64,000 nucleotides of DNA from Thermoanaerobaculia bacterium (lineage in GTDB: Bacteria > Acidobacteriota > Thermoanaerobaculia > Multivoradales > JAGPDF01): the NCBI GenBank assembly GCA_036397015.1, contig DASWJT010000119.1, forward strand, positions 12,248 to 76,247. Direction: 5' to 3'. The notes beneath the pieces were generated by a model that saw only the letters and a list, made by a program, of their open reading frames with translations, was not told the origin of the DNA and did no database searches. Positions 8,978-16,890 of the stretch are shown here, piece after piece. Position numbers and translations under genes: made by a program. Within the stretch, counting starts at the first letter, position 1, and every line of letters starts with the position of its first letter.

Positions 8978-11164
8978 ATGAAGCTCCGGCTCGCCGTGCT
9001 CGTCGCCCTCGCGCTCGGAGCGGATGGCGCGCTCGCCGACGCCGACGCGGGCGGCGCGCGCGGCGCCGTGGCGCTCGCCGTCACGCCGCCCGACGAGGTG
9101 CGCGCCGAGCTCGCCGCCGTCTGCGAGCGGCAGCCCGACAGCGACGAGCCGTACACCTACCTCGGCCGCCGCGCGCTCGATCGCATCGAGGCCGCGGCGG
9201 CCGAGCTCGGTCTCGATGTCGCGGCCCGCCAACGGCTCCTGACGCAAGTCGCGCACGGCCACCTGCGATTGGGCGCGCTCGAGGTCGCCACGGAGCGCCT
9301 CCACGCGGCGCTCGCGCTCGCGGCGCCCGCGTCCGAATCGCACCGGCGCCTGCGCCGCGACCTCGCGCTCGTCGAGCTGCGCCGCGCCGAGCAGCGCAAC
9401 TGCGTCCTCCACCACGGCTCCGCCAGCTGCCTCTACCCGATCCGCCCCGGCGGGATCCACCTCGAGGCCGAGCCGGCGCGGCGCGCCGCCGCGCTCTACG
9501 AAGAGCTCCTGCGCGAGGATCCGCAGTCGGCGCAGACGCGCTGGCTGCTGCACCTGACGCGGACGTTGGCCGGCGAGCCCTCGGCGGAAGCGGCGCCGCC
9601 GCCCGACGTCGCCTTCCCGCTGTGGAGCGAGCGCGCCGCCGCCGCCGGCCTCGCGGCGTTCGACCTCGCGGGCGGCGCGGTGATCGACGACTTCGACGGC
9701 GACGGGCGGCTCGACGTCGTCACCTCGACGACCGACGCGTGCGACCACGCCAAGGCGTTCCGCAACCGCGGCGACGGCACCTTCGAGGACGTCTCCCGCG
9801 CCTGGGGCCTCGACGTCCAGTTGGGCGGCCTCAACCTCGTGCACGCCGATTTCGACAACGACGGCCGTCCCGATCTGTTGATCCTCCGCGGCGGCTGGCT
9901 CCACGAGGCGGGGAGCGTGCGCAACTCGCTGCTGCGCAACGATCTCGATCGCGCGAGCGGCAAGTTCGTCGACGTCACCCTCGCCGCCGGCCTCGCCTAC
10001 CCCGCCTACCCGACGCAGACCGCCGCGTGGGCCGACTACGACGGCGACGGCTGGCTCGACCTTTACGTCGGCAACGAGGCCGTGCGCACGGAGCAGAGCC
10101 CCTCGCAGCTCTTCCGCAACAATGGCGACGGCACCTTCACGAACGTCACCCTCGCCGCGGGCGTCGCCAACCTCGCCTACGCCAAGGGCGTCGCGTGGGG
10201 CGATTTCGACGACGACGGGCGGCCCGATCTCTACGTCTCGAACTTGGGCGCCGCCAACCGCCTCTACCGCAACCGCGGCGACGGCACCTTCGTCGACGTC
10301 GCGCGCGAGATGGGCGTCGAGGGTCCGCGGAAGAGCTTCGCCACCTGGTTCTTCGACTTCGACCAGGACGGCCGCCTCGACCTCTTCGTCTCCGATTACG
10401 GCACGCCCTACGAGCAGGTCTCGGCGAGCTACCTCGGCGTGCCGACGACGGGCGGACGGCCGGCGCTCTACCGCAACGAGGGCGGTCGCTTCCGCGACGT
10501 CGCCGCCGAGCGCGGCTTCGACCGGCCGCTGCTGCCGATGGGGGCCAACTACGGCGACCTCGACAACGACGGCTGGCTCGACGTCTACCTCGGCACGGGC
10601 GTCCCCGACCTCGAGGCGCTGATGCCGAACGTGATGTATCGCAACCTGCGCGGAGAGCGCTTCGAGGACGCCACCGCCGCCGGCGGCTTCGGCCACCTGC
10701 AGAAGGGGCACGGCATCGCCTTCGCCGACCTGAACGACGACGGGCAACAGGAGGTCTACGCCCAGATGGGCGGCTTCTTCCCGATCGACGCGTTCTACAA
10801 CGCCCTCTTCGTCGGACCCGGCCACGACAACGTCTGGCTGCAGCTCGAGCTCGTCGGCACACGCGCCAACCGCTCCGGGCTCGGGGCCCGCGTGACGGTC
10901 GAGCTCGAGACGCCCGCCGGCCGGCGCCGCGTCCACCATCTGGCGAGCACCGGCGGCTCCTTCGGCGGCTCGCCGCTGCGCTGCCAGATCGGACTGGGTG
11001 ACGCCACCGCGATCGCGGCGCTCGAGATCCGCTGGCCCGGCAGCGGGACGGTCGAGCGGATCTCCGGCGCCGAGCTCGACCGGCGCTATCGCCTCGTCGA
11101 AGGCAGCGGGCGGCTCGAAGCGCTGCCGCTCGCGCCGTTCGCCTGGCCGGAGCCCGTGCACTGA
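8978..11164 (+). CDS. CRTAC1-family protein (FG-GAP/VCBS + ASPIC/UnbV), secreted
   Basis: ATG at 8978 with signal peptide MKLRLAVLVALALGADGALADA. FG-GAP repeats (DDFDGDGRLDVV, ADFDNDGRPDLL, ADYDGDGWLDLYV, GDFDDDGRPDLYV, FDFDQDGRLDLFV, GDLDNDGWLDVYL). UnbV/ASPIC (HGIAFADLNDDGQQEVYAQMGG...NRSGLGARVTVELETPAGRRRVHHLASTGGSFGGSPLRCQIGLGDA). Confidence 0.8.
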   Translation: MKLRLAVLVALALGADGALADADAGGARGAVALAVTPPDEVRAELAAVCERQPDSDEPYTYLGRRALDRIEAAAAELGLDVAARQRLLTQVAHGHLRLGALEVATERLHAALALAAPASESHRRLRRDLALVELRRAEQRNCVLHHGSASCLYPIRPGGIHLEAEPARRAAALYEELLREDPQSAQTRWLLHLTRTLAGEPSAEAAPPPDVAFPLWSERAAAAGLAAFDLAGGAVIDDFDGDGRLDVVTSTTDACDHAKAFRNRGDGTFEDVSRAWGLDVQLGGLNLVHADFDNDGRPDLLILRGGWLHEAGSVRNSLLRNDLDRASGKFVDVTLAAGLAYPAYPTQTAAWADYDGDGWLDLYVGNEAVRTEQSPSQLFRNNGDGTFTNVTLAAGVANLAYAKGVAWGDFDDDGRPDLYVSNLGAANRLYRNRGDGTFVDVAREMGVEGPRKSFATWFFDFDQDGRLDLFVSDYGTPYEQVSASYLGVPTTGGRPALYRNEGGRFRDVAAERGFDRPLLPMGANYGDLDNDGWLDVYLGTGVPDLEALMPNVMYRNLRGERFEDATAAGGFGHLQKGHGIAFADLNDDGQQEVYAQMGGFFPIDAFYNALFVGPGHDNVWLQLELVGTRANRSGLGARVTVELETPAGRRRVHHLASTGGSFGGSPLRCQIGLGDATAIAALEIRWPGSGTVERISGAELDRRYRLVEGSGRLEALPLAPFAWPEPVH

Positions 11165-11211
11165 CCGGATAGGCTCGCGCTTCGACCGCATTCGTCGGAG
11201 GCCACCTCGCC

Positions 11212-12552
11212 ATGCGCTACTCGACCGTCGCCGATCTTCTCGACCTCACCCGCGAGGGCGAACGGGAGCTCGCCGGAGCTTCCGTCGCGGCGGCCCGCCG
11301 CCTGCTCTTCGCCGACGATCCGTGCGCGCTCGCCGAGCTCGCCGGCTCGTTCACCCTCGTCGCCCGCGAGGGCGAGCGCGTGCGGCTGGCGCGCAGCCTC
11401 GACCGCCCGCTACGCTACTTCCTGGCCAAGCAGCAGGCCGGGCCGCTCCTCGTCGTCGCCGACCGCATCGACGCGATCCGCGACGCCCTCGCCGCGCGCG
11501 GCCTCGACGGCCAGTTCCACCCCTCCTACACGCGCATGGTGCCGGCCCACCACGTCACCGAGATCCGCCTCGTCGGCTGCCCCGATCCCAATCCCACCCA
11601 CCGGCGCTTTTTCGATCCGCCGCGCGGCGTGCTGCCGGCCGACATCGACGTCATCGCTCGCCGCTACGTCGAGGCGCTCGCCGCCGAGATCCGCGCCTGG
11701 CTCGGGCGGATCCCGGCGCGCGAGCCGATCGGCGTCGCCTTCTCGGGCGGGCTCGACTCGGGCGCGGTGCTGCTCGCGCTGCACCACGAGCTCCTCGCCG
11801 CCGGCCAGAGCGCGGCGCGGCTCAAGGCGTTCACCCTCGCCGTCGACGGCGGCGGCGACGATCTCGCGCAGGCGCGCTCGTTCCTGCGCGCCGCCGATCT
11901 CGACTACCTGCACGAGGTGGTCGACATGCCGGCCGACGCCGTCGACCCGCTCGCCGCGGTCGAAGTGATCGAGGACTACAAGCCGCTCGACGTCGAGTGC
12001 GCGGCGATGGCTCTCGCCCTCTGCCGCGGCATCCGCGAGCGCGATCCCGAGTGGCGCCTGCTCGTCGACGGCGACGGCGGCGACGAGAACCTGAAGGACT
12101 ATCCGATCGAGGAGAATCCGGAGCTCACCATCCGCAGCGTCGTCTCGAACCGAATGCTCTACCAGGAGGGTTGGGGCGTCGAGGCGATCAAGCACTCGCT
12201 CACCTATTCGGGCGGCCTCGGCCGCGGCTGCGTGCGCACCTACGCACCGCTCCGGCACTTCGGCTTCACCGGCTTCAGCCCGTTCACGCGGCCGGCGCTC
12301 GTCGCCGTCGCCGAGGCGATCCCGTTCGACGAGCTCGCCGGCGGCTCGCACGAGGTGCTCTACGAGCTCAAGGGCGAGGTCCTCGTGCGCGGCGTCCGCC
12401 AGGTGCTCGGCCGCGAGCTGCCGCGCTTCCCGAAGCGGCGCTTCCAGCACGGCGCGCTCCCCGCCGAGCGCTTCGACGCCGCCTTCGCTGGCGCCGCGCA
12501 GCGCTACCGCGGCCACTTCCTCGCCCTCCACGAGGCGGCCCGAGGGGCGTGA
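11212..12552 (+). CDS. asparagine synthetase-like PP-loop ATP-dependent amide synthetase; N-terminal glutaminase domain degenerate, no Cys2
   Basis: ATG at 11212 with GGAG 11 nt upstream. PP-loop GVAFSGGLDSGAVLLALHHEL. AsnB synthetase-domain motifs (KAFTLAVDGGGDDLAQARSFLRAADLDYLHEV; LLVDGDGGDENLKDY, compare AsnB SGEGSDEIFGGY). The N-terminal ~170 aa resemble a vestigial Ntn glutaminase domain (GSFTLVAREGERVRLARSLDRPLRYF) but lack the nucleophile cysteine. This pattern matches beta-lactam synthetase and lasso cyclase-type AsnB homologs. Confidence 0.75.
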   Translation: MRYSTVADLLDLTREGERELAGASVAAARRLLFADDPCALAELAGSFTLVAREGERVRLARSLDRPLRYFLAKQQAGPLLVVADRIDAIRDALAARGLDGQFHPSYTRMVPAHHVTEIRLVGCPDPNPTHRRFFDPPRGVLPADIDVIARRYVEALAAEIRAWLGRIPAREPIGVAFSGGLDSGAVLLALHHELLAAGQSAARLKAFTLAVDGGGDDLAQARSFLRAADLDYLHEVVDMPADAVDPLAAVEVIEDYKPLDVECAAMALALCRGIRERDPEWRLLVDGDGGDENLKDYPIEENPELTIRSVVSNRMLYQEGWGVEAIKHSLTYSGGLGRGCVRTYAPLRHFGFTGFSPFTRPALVAVAEAIPFDELAGGSHEVLYELKGEVLVRGVRQVLGRELPRFPKRRFQHGALPAERFDAAFAGAAQRYRGHFLALHEAARGA

Positions 12553-13493
12553 CGGCGCCGCTCCCCGCACCCGCCGGCGCCGCCGACCGCACGCGCCCAC
12601 CCGACCCGTGGCACCTCGGCGGCTGGCTGCGCGAGGCGGAGCGCGAGCTCGACCGCGCGGCGCCGGCCGAGGCGCTCACCCTCTTCCTGGTCGGCGCGCG
12701 CTGCCCGTTCTCCTGCCTCTTCTGCGACCTCGCGGCGCAGACGATCCCGGGGCCGACGCCGCGCGGAGCGATCCCGGAGCAGGTCCGCCAGGGCCTCGCC
12801 GCCGCCGGCGCGCTGCCGCGCGGTGCGGCGATCAAGCTCTACAACGCCAGCAACTTCTTCGACGAGCGCGCCGTGCCGGCCGGCGACGACGCCGAGATTG
12901 CCGCGCTGGTTCGCGACTTCGCGCGCGTGACCGTCGAGTGCCATCCGCGCCTGGCGGGCGAGCGCTGCTTCCGCTTCGCCGAGCGCCTCGACGGTGGGCT
13001 CGAAGTGGCGATGGGCCTCGAGACGGCGGCGCCGGGAGCGCTCGCCCAGCTCGGCAAGGCGATGACCGCGGACGATTTCGCGCGCGCCGCCGGCGAGCTC
13101 CGCCGGCGCGGCATCGCGGTGCGCGCCTTCGTGCTGCTCGCGCCCCCTCTCGTGCCGGCCGGCGAGGCGGTCGACTGGGCGGCGCGATCGGTCGCGTTCG
13201 CCGTCGCCGCCGGCGCCGGGCGCGTGACCTTGATTCCGACCCGTGGCGGGCGCCCCGAGCTCGAGCGGCTGGCGCGGCGCGGCGAGTTCCGGCCGCCGAC
13301 GCTCGACGAGCTCGAGGCGGCGCTCGAGCGCACGGTCGAGACGGCCGGCGCCGTCGTCACCGCCGACCTCTGGGACGCGCCGCGTCTCTTCGCCGGCGCG
13401 CCGCGCGCCGAGGAGCGGCTCGCGCGCCTCCGCCGCATGGGTCTGGCCGGCCGGCGGGAGCCACCCCTGGCGACCGCTGTCGCGCCGGCCTGA
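12549..13493 (+). CDS. radical SAM domain protein (CxxxCxxC), ~314 aa, no SPASM-type C-terminal cysteines
   Basis: GTG at 12549 overlaps the TGA of the upstream gene (GTGA coupling). Canonical radical-SAM cluster motif GARCPFSCLFCDL (C-x3-C-x2-C). The remainder has alpha/beta-like composition (IKLYNASNFFDE, VECHPRLAGERCFRF). The upstream 10998..12548 part of the track ORF is a shadow of the asnB-like gene. Confidence 0.7.
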   Translation: MTAPLPAPAGAADRTRPPDPWHLGGWLREAERELDRAAPAEALTLFLVGARCPFSCLFCDLAAQTIPGPTPRGAIPEQVRQGLAAAGALPRGAAIKLYNASNFFDERAVPAGDDAEIAALVRDFARVTVECHPRLAGERCFRFAERLDGGLEVAMGLETAAPGALAQLGKAMTADDFARAAGELRRRGIAVRAFVLLAPPLVPAGEAVDWAARSVAFAVAAGAGRVTLIPTRGGRPELERLARRGEFRPPTLDELEAALERTVETAGAVVTADLWDAPRLFAGAPRAEERLARLRRMGLAGRREPPLATAVAPA

Positions 13494-13515
13494 CCGGCGG
13501 AGGAGCGACCTTACG

Positions 13516-15132
13516 GTGCGCATCCTCGTCGTCGGTTCCGGCTTCGCCGGCTCGATCCTCGCCCGCGTCCTCCACGCCCAGGGCCACGCGGTGACGCTCG
13601 TCGACCGCGCTCGCCACCCGCGCTTCGCCATCGGCGAGTCGTCGACGCCGCTCGCCGCGCTGGCGCTCGAGCGGCTCGCGGCGCGCTACGGCCTCGCCGA
13701 CCTCGCCGCGCTCGCCGCCTACGGCCGCTGGCTCCGCGAGCTGCCGCACCTGCGCCGCGGCTTGAAGCGCGGGTTCACCTTCTACGCCCACCGACCCGGC
13801 GAGAAGTGGACGAACGATCTCGACAACTCACGCCGGCTGCTCGTCGCGGCGAGCCCCGACGACGAGGTCGCCGACGTGCACTGGCTGCGCGCCGACGTCG
13901 ACGCCCATCTCGCCGCGCGCGCCGCCGCCGAGGGCATCGAGGTGCGCGAGGAGACCGCCGTCGCGGACCTCGCGCGGCAAGGCGAGGGCTGGCGCTGCGC
14001 GCTCGTTCGCGCCGGCTGCCGCGAGCGGTTGGAGATCGACTTGGTGCTCGACGCGAGCGGCGCCGGCGGCTTCCTCGGCACCGCCCTCGGCCTCGCCGCC
14101 GCGCCGCATCCGGCGATGCCGGCGACGTGGCTCGTCGGCGGGCACTTCTCCGGCGTCGGCGATTTCGCCGCGGCCGCAAGCGAGCGCGGCGCCGAGCTCG
14201 CTCCGGGCCCCTACCCGGACGAGCGCGCGGCGGTCCACCATCTGCTCGCCGAAGGGTGGCTCTATTTGTTGCCGTTCGACCACGGCGTGGTGAGCGCCGG
14301 CTTCGTGCTGCGCCACGACCGCACCGACGACGAGCTCGCGCGCCTCGCGGCGAGCCACCCCGCGCGTGCCTGGAACGCGCTGCTCGCCAGCTACCCGTCG
14401 CTCGAGGAACAGCTCGGCGGGGCGCGCTGCGAAGTCGGGATCTTTCACGTCACGCAACTGCAGCGGCGCTGGCGCCGCGCCGCCGGGACGGGCTGGGCGA
14501 TGCTGCCGTTCGCCTTCTGCTTCTGGAGCCCGCTCTTCTCGACCGGCATCGCCTGGAGCCTCGTCGGCGTCGAGCGGCTGGCGCGGCGGCTCGAGCCGTT
14601 CGCCTCGCCGCGCGCCGAGCCGGCGCCGGCGCGGCTCTTCGCCGACTACTCGCGGCGGCTCGGCGAGGAATCGGACCATCAGGCCGAGCTCCTCGCCGTC
14701 GCCTACGCGCTCACCGGCCGAGCCGCGCCGTTCTTCTCCTGGAGCCTGCTCTACTTCGCCGCCGCCAGCTTCGCCGAGGCCGAGCAGCGCCTCCTCGAGC
14801 CGCCGGCCGAGGGGTGGGCGTGGGGCGCGCGCGGCTTTCTCGGCGCGCGCGACCGCGTCCTGCGGCGCGCCGTCTCCGCGCTCGCGCCGCGGGCGCGCGT
14901 GCTCGCCGTCGGCGAGGGCGACGGAACCGCCTTCGCCGCCGCCGTGCGCGCCGCCATCGCTCCCCGCGACGTCGCCGGGCTCACGCTCTCCGGCCGCCGC
15001 AACCTCTACGCGGTCGAGGCCGGTTCGCTCCTCGCCGGTGCGGCGCGTCTCGGCCTCTCGCGCGCCGAGCTCGAGCGCCGCCTGCCGCGGCTGCGCTGGG
15101 CAGGGGCACTGCGGGCGCCGGTCGACGGCTGA
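13516..15132 (+). CDS. FAD-dependent oxidoreductase of the flavin-dependent halogenase / tryptophan-halogenase-like family
   Basis: GTG at 13516 with GGAGGAG ~10 nt upstream. N-terminal Rossmann motif VVGSGFAGSILA. FAIGESSTP resembles the GESxxP motif of flavin halogenases (CmlS/PltA-type). EGWLYLLPF only partly matches WxWxIP. Whether it halogenates cannot be decided from sequence. Confidence 0.7.
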   Translation: MRILVVGSGFAGSILARVLHAQGHAVTLVDRARHPRFAIGESSTPLAALALERLAARYGLADLAALAAYGRWLRELPHLRRGLKRGFTFYAHRPGEKWTNDLDNSRRLLVAASPDDEVADVHWLRADVDAHLAARAAAEGIEVREETAVADLARQGEGWRCALVRAGCRERLEIDLVLDASGAGGFLGTALGLAAAPHPAMPATWLVGGHFSGVGDFAAAASERGAELAPGPYPDERAAVHHLLAEGWLYLLPFDHGVVSAGFVLRHDRTDDELARLAASHPARAWNALLASYPSLEEQLGGARCEVGIFHVTQLQRRWRRAAGTGWAMLPFAFCFWSPLFSTGIAWSLVGVERLARRLEPFASPRAEPAPARLFADYSRRLGEESDHQAELLAVAYALTGRAAPFFSWSLLYFAAASFAEAEQRLLEPPAEGWAWGARGFLGARDRVLRRAVSALAPRARVLAVGEGDGTAFAAAVRAAIAPRDVAGLTLSGRRNLYAVEAGSLLAGAARLGLSRAELERRLPRLRWAGALRAPVDG

Positions 15133-15165
15133 CGGCGAATCGCGGCGGCGACGCGGCGAGAAGAA

Positions 15166-16890
15166 TCAGCGCGCCGCGGCGAGGAGCGCGCGCAGCCTGG
15201 CCGCGCCCTCCGCCACCGGCACGCGCAGCTTCTCGCGGTCGCGGCGCAGCGAAAGCTCGACCTCGCCCGCCGCGAACGACTTGCCGCCGACGACCGCGCG
15301 CACCGGGATGCCGACGAGGTCGGCGTCCTTGAACTTGACGCCGGGCCGCTCGTCGCGGTCGTCGAGCAGGACTTCGTGGCCGCCGGCCGAGAGCTCGCCG
15401 GCGAGCGCTTCGGCGGCGGCGAGCGAGGCGGCGTCGTTCGGCGTCAGCGCGATTACCAGCACTTCGAACGGCGCGAGAGGCAGCGGCCAGGCGATGCCGT
15501 CGGCGTCGTGGTTCTGCTCGATCGCCGCCGCCACCGTGCGGCCGATGCCGAGGCCGTAGCAGCCCATGGTCATCGGCAGGAGCGCGCCCGACTCGTCCGC
15601 GAAGGTGCACTGCATCGCCTCCGAGTACTTGCTGCCGAGCTTGAAGATGTGCCCCACCTCGATGCCGCGCGAGAGCGCCAGCGGCTCGCCGCACTGCGGA
15701 CACGGGTCGCCCTCGACCACCAGCACGAGATCGACGAAGCGCTCCGGCTCGGCGTCGCGATGCCAGTTCACGCCGCGCAGGTGCGCGTCGGTCTCGTTGG
15801 CGCCGCAGACGAAATTCGCCAGATGTTCCACGGACGGATCGGCCAGCAGGCGCTCCTGCCGGCGCAGCCCGACCGGCCCGGCGAACCCGGCGGCCGCGCC
15901 CGTCAGCTCGCGCACGCGCTCGTCGGGCGCCAGGCGCAGGTGAAGCGCCCCCGGCAGCGCGTTCGCCAACTTCACTTCGTTGATCTCGCGGTCGCCGCGC
16001 AGCGCCACGACGACGAGCTCCCCGCTGTCCGTCTCGTAGACGAGCGTCTTGACCAGCCTCGTCGGCGCCAAGCCGAGAAAGTCGGACACCTCGGCGATGG
16101 ACTTGCGGCCGGGAGTCGCCACCTTCTCGACCTCCTGCAGCGGATCGTCCGCGTCCACCGCCCACGGCCCACGTTCCGCCTTCTCCTGATTGGCGCCGTA
16201 GCCGCACGCCGGACAGCGCACGACGGCGCTCTCGCCGGTCGCCGCGGTGACCATGAACTCGTGCGACGAAGAGCCGCCGATCGTCCCCGTGTCGGCCTCG
16301 ACCATCGTGTAGTCGAGGCCGCAGGCGGCGAAGATCCGGCAGTAGGCCTCGCACATCGCCTCGTAGCCCTCGTCGAGGCTCGCCGCGGTGGCGTGAAAGG
16401 AATAGGCGTCCTTCATCAAGAACTCGCGGCCGCGCATGAGGCCGAAGCGCGGCCGGATCTCGTCGCGGAACTTGGTCTGGATCTGGTAGAGGTTGAACGG
16501 CAGCTGGCGATAGCTCTTGACGTCGCGGCGCACGAGGTCGGTGATCACCTCCTCGTGCGTCGGGCCGAAGCAGAAGTCGCGCTCGTGGCGGTCGCGGATG
16601 CGCAACAGCTCCTTGCCGTACTTCTGCCAGCGCCCCGACTCCTGCCACAGCTCCGCCGGCTGGATCGCCGGCATCGCCAGCTCGACGGCGCCGGCCGCGT
16701 CCATCTCGCGGCGCACGATGGCCATGAGCTTGCCGAGCGAGCGCCAGCCCGCCGGCAGATAGGTGTAGATGCCGGCGGCGACCTTGCGGATTAGGCCGGC
16801 GCGCACCATCAGCTGGTGCGAGACCACTTCGGCGTCGGCAGGTACCTCGCGCGTGGTGTGGAGGTAGAAGCGGCTCCAGCGCGTCGTCAT
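15166..16890 (-). CDS. proS: proline--tRNA ligase (bacterial type, with INS editing domain)
   Basis: ATG at 16890 ([36 protein letters not shown]). Class II aaRS motifs. Length 574 aa. Only the C-terminal part of track ORF 15166..18405 is real. Confidence 0.9.
   Translation of the reverse strand: MTTRWSRFYLHTTREVPADAEVVSHQLMVRAGLIRKVAAGIYTYLPAGWRSLGKLMAIVRREMDAAGAVELAMPAIQPAELWQESGRWQKYGKELLRIRDRHERDFCFGPTHEEVITDLVRRDVKSYRQLPFNLYQIQTKFRDEIRPRFGLMRGREFLMKDAYSFHATAASLDEGYEAMCEAYCRIFAACGLDYTMVEADTGTIGGSSSHEFMVTAATGESAVVRCPACGYGANQEKAERGPWAVDADDPLQEVEKVATPGRKSIAEVSDFLGLAPTRLVKTLVYETDSGELVVVALRGDREINEVKLANALPGALHLRLAPDERVRELTGAAAGFAGPVGLRRQERLLADPSVEHLANFVCGANETDAHLRGVNWHRDAEPERFVDLVLVVEGDPCPQCGEPLALSRGIEVGHIFKLGSKYSEAMQCTFADESGALLPMTMGCYGLGIGRTVAAAIEQNHDADGIAWPLPLAPFEVLVIALTPNDAASLAAAEALAGELSAGGHEVLLDDRDERPGVKFKDADLVGIPVRAVVGGKSFAAGEVELSLRRDREKLRVPVAEGAARLRALLAAAR

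Noticed and set aside
9622-13631. ORFs 9622..11001, 10146..11213(-), 11410..12600(-), 12504..13631(-), 12608..13594, 12839..13438(-) and the 10998..12548 portion of the 831-aa ORF
   Set aside because: Low-complexity Arg/Pro/Ala translations. They overlap the CRTAC1, asnB-like and radical-SAM genes, which carry diagnostic motifs.
13806-16794. ORFs 13806..15332, 13828..14679(-), 14366..15559, 14981..16648(-), 15376..16794 and the 16891..18405 part of the 1079-aa minus ORF
   Set aside because: Shadow ORFs of the FAD oxidoreductase, proS and TPR genes. Compositionally biased, with no motifs.
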